This document shows, in pieces, positions 63,815-64,000 of a DNA stretch of 64,000 nt. The stretch is from Chara braunii (Eukaryota > Plantae > Charophyceae): positions 5,248,108 through 5,312,107 of the forward strand of contig BFEA01000021.1 of assembly GCA_003427395.1 (NCBI GenBank), read 5' to 3'. How positions within the stretch are numbered: the first letter of the stretch is position 1; the number at the start of each line of letters is the position of its first letter. Position numbers and translations under genes: made by a program. Under the pieces are notes generated by a model, which saw nothing but the letters and a program-made list of their open reading frames with translations, was not told where the DNA came from and did not search any database.

Positions 63815-64000
63815 GGTTTAAGCCGGAACAACGGGGCCTTTCGGTCGATGGTAAGGAAGCTCTTTCTGAAAAGGAGATTGACGGCCACGTGGCAGGCTAG
63901 GGGGAGGGATCGTGTGGGTGGCTGGCGGTGGTGGGTGAGCAGGACAGGCAGGAGCAGGAAACGCTGTTGCTTCTGGGTGCTGTTTCTGGCTGCCAGCTTG

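Overview
Repeat-dense eukaryotic genomic DNA with assembly gaps (N-runs near 3.85-4.50, 9.91-10.13, 19.95-20.55, 39.04-39.22 and 45.58-46.19 kb). A plant-type MHX/NCX exon, an initiator-Met primer-binding site, TTTAGGG repeats and the Ty3/Gypsy style point to a green-plant lineage, plausibly a charophyte alga (inference). The only clear host gene is the first coding exon of an MHX/NCX-family cation exchanger (minus strand, ~6.3-7.6 kb). The rest is nested mobile DNA. A decayed PIF/Harbinger transposase is split by a 27-kb Ty3/Gypsy element C (33722-60890, 4-bp TSD CTGC), whose 5' LTR is itself split by a 14-kb nested insert. There is also a truncated relative D on the minus strand (13550-19465), two long non-coding LTR-like elements sharing a conserved structured block, TTAA-, hAT- and GGGCC-type MITEs, satellites, and a hammerhead-ribozyme core in a (CA)n tract. 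Main finding: the Gypsy family has non-canonical ends. The 5' LTR lacks a terminal CA and there is no polypurine tract. A palindromic CA-TA-TG junction precedes the 3' LTR, and the right terminus is a copy of that element's own pre-LTR sequence. This suggests integration from a circular intermediate. All alignments were made by eye; no searches were run.
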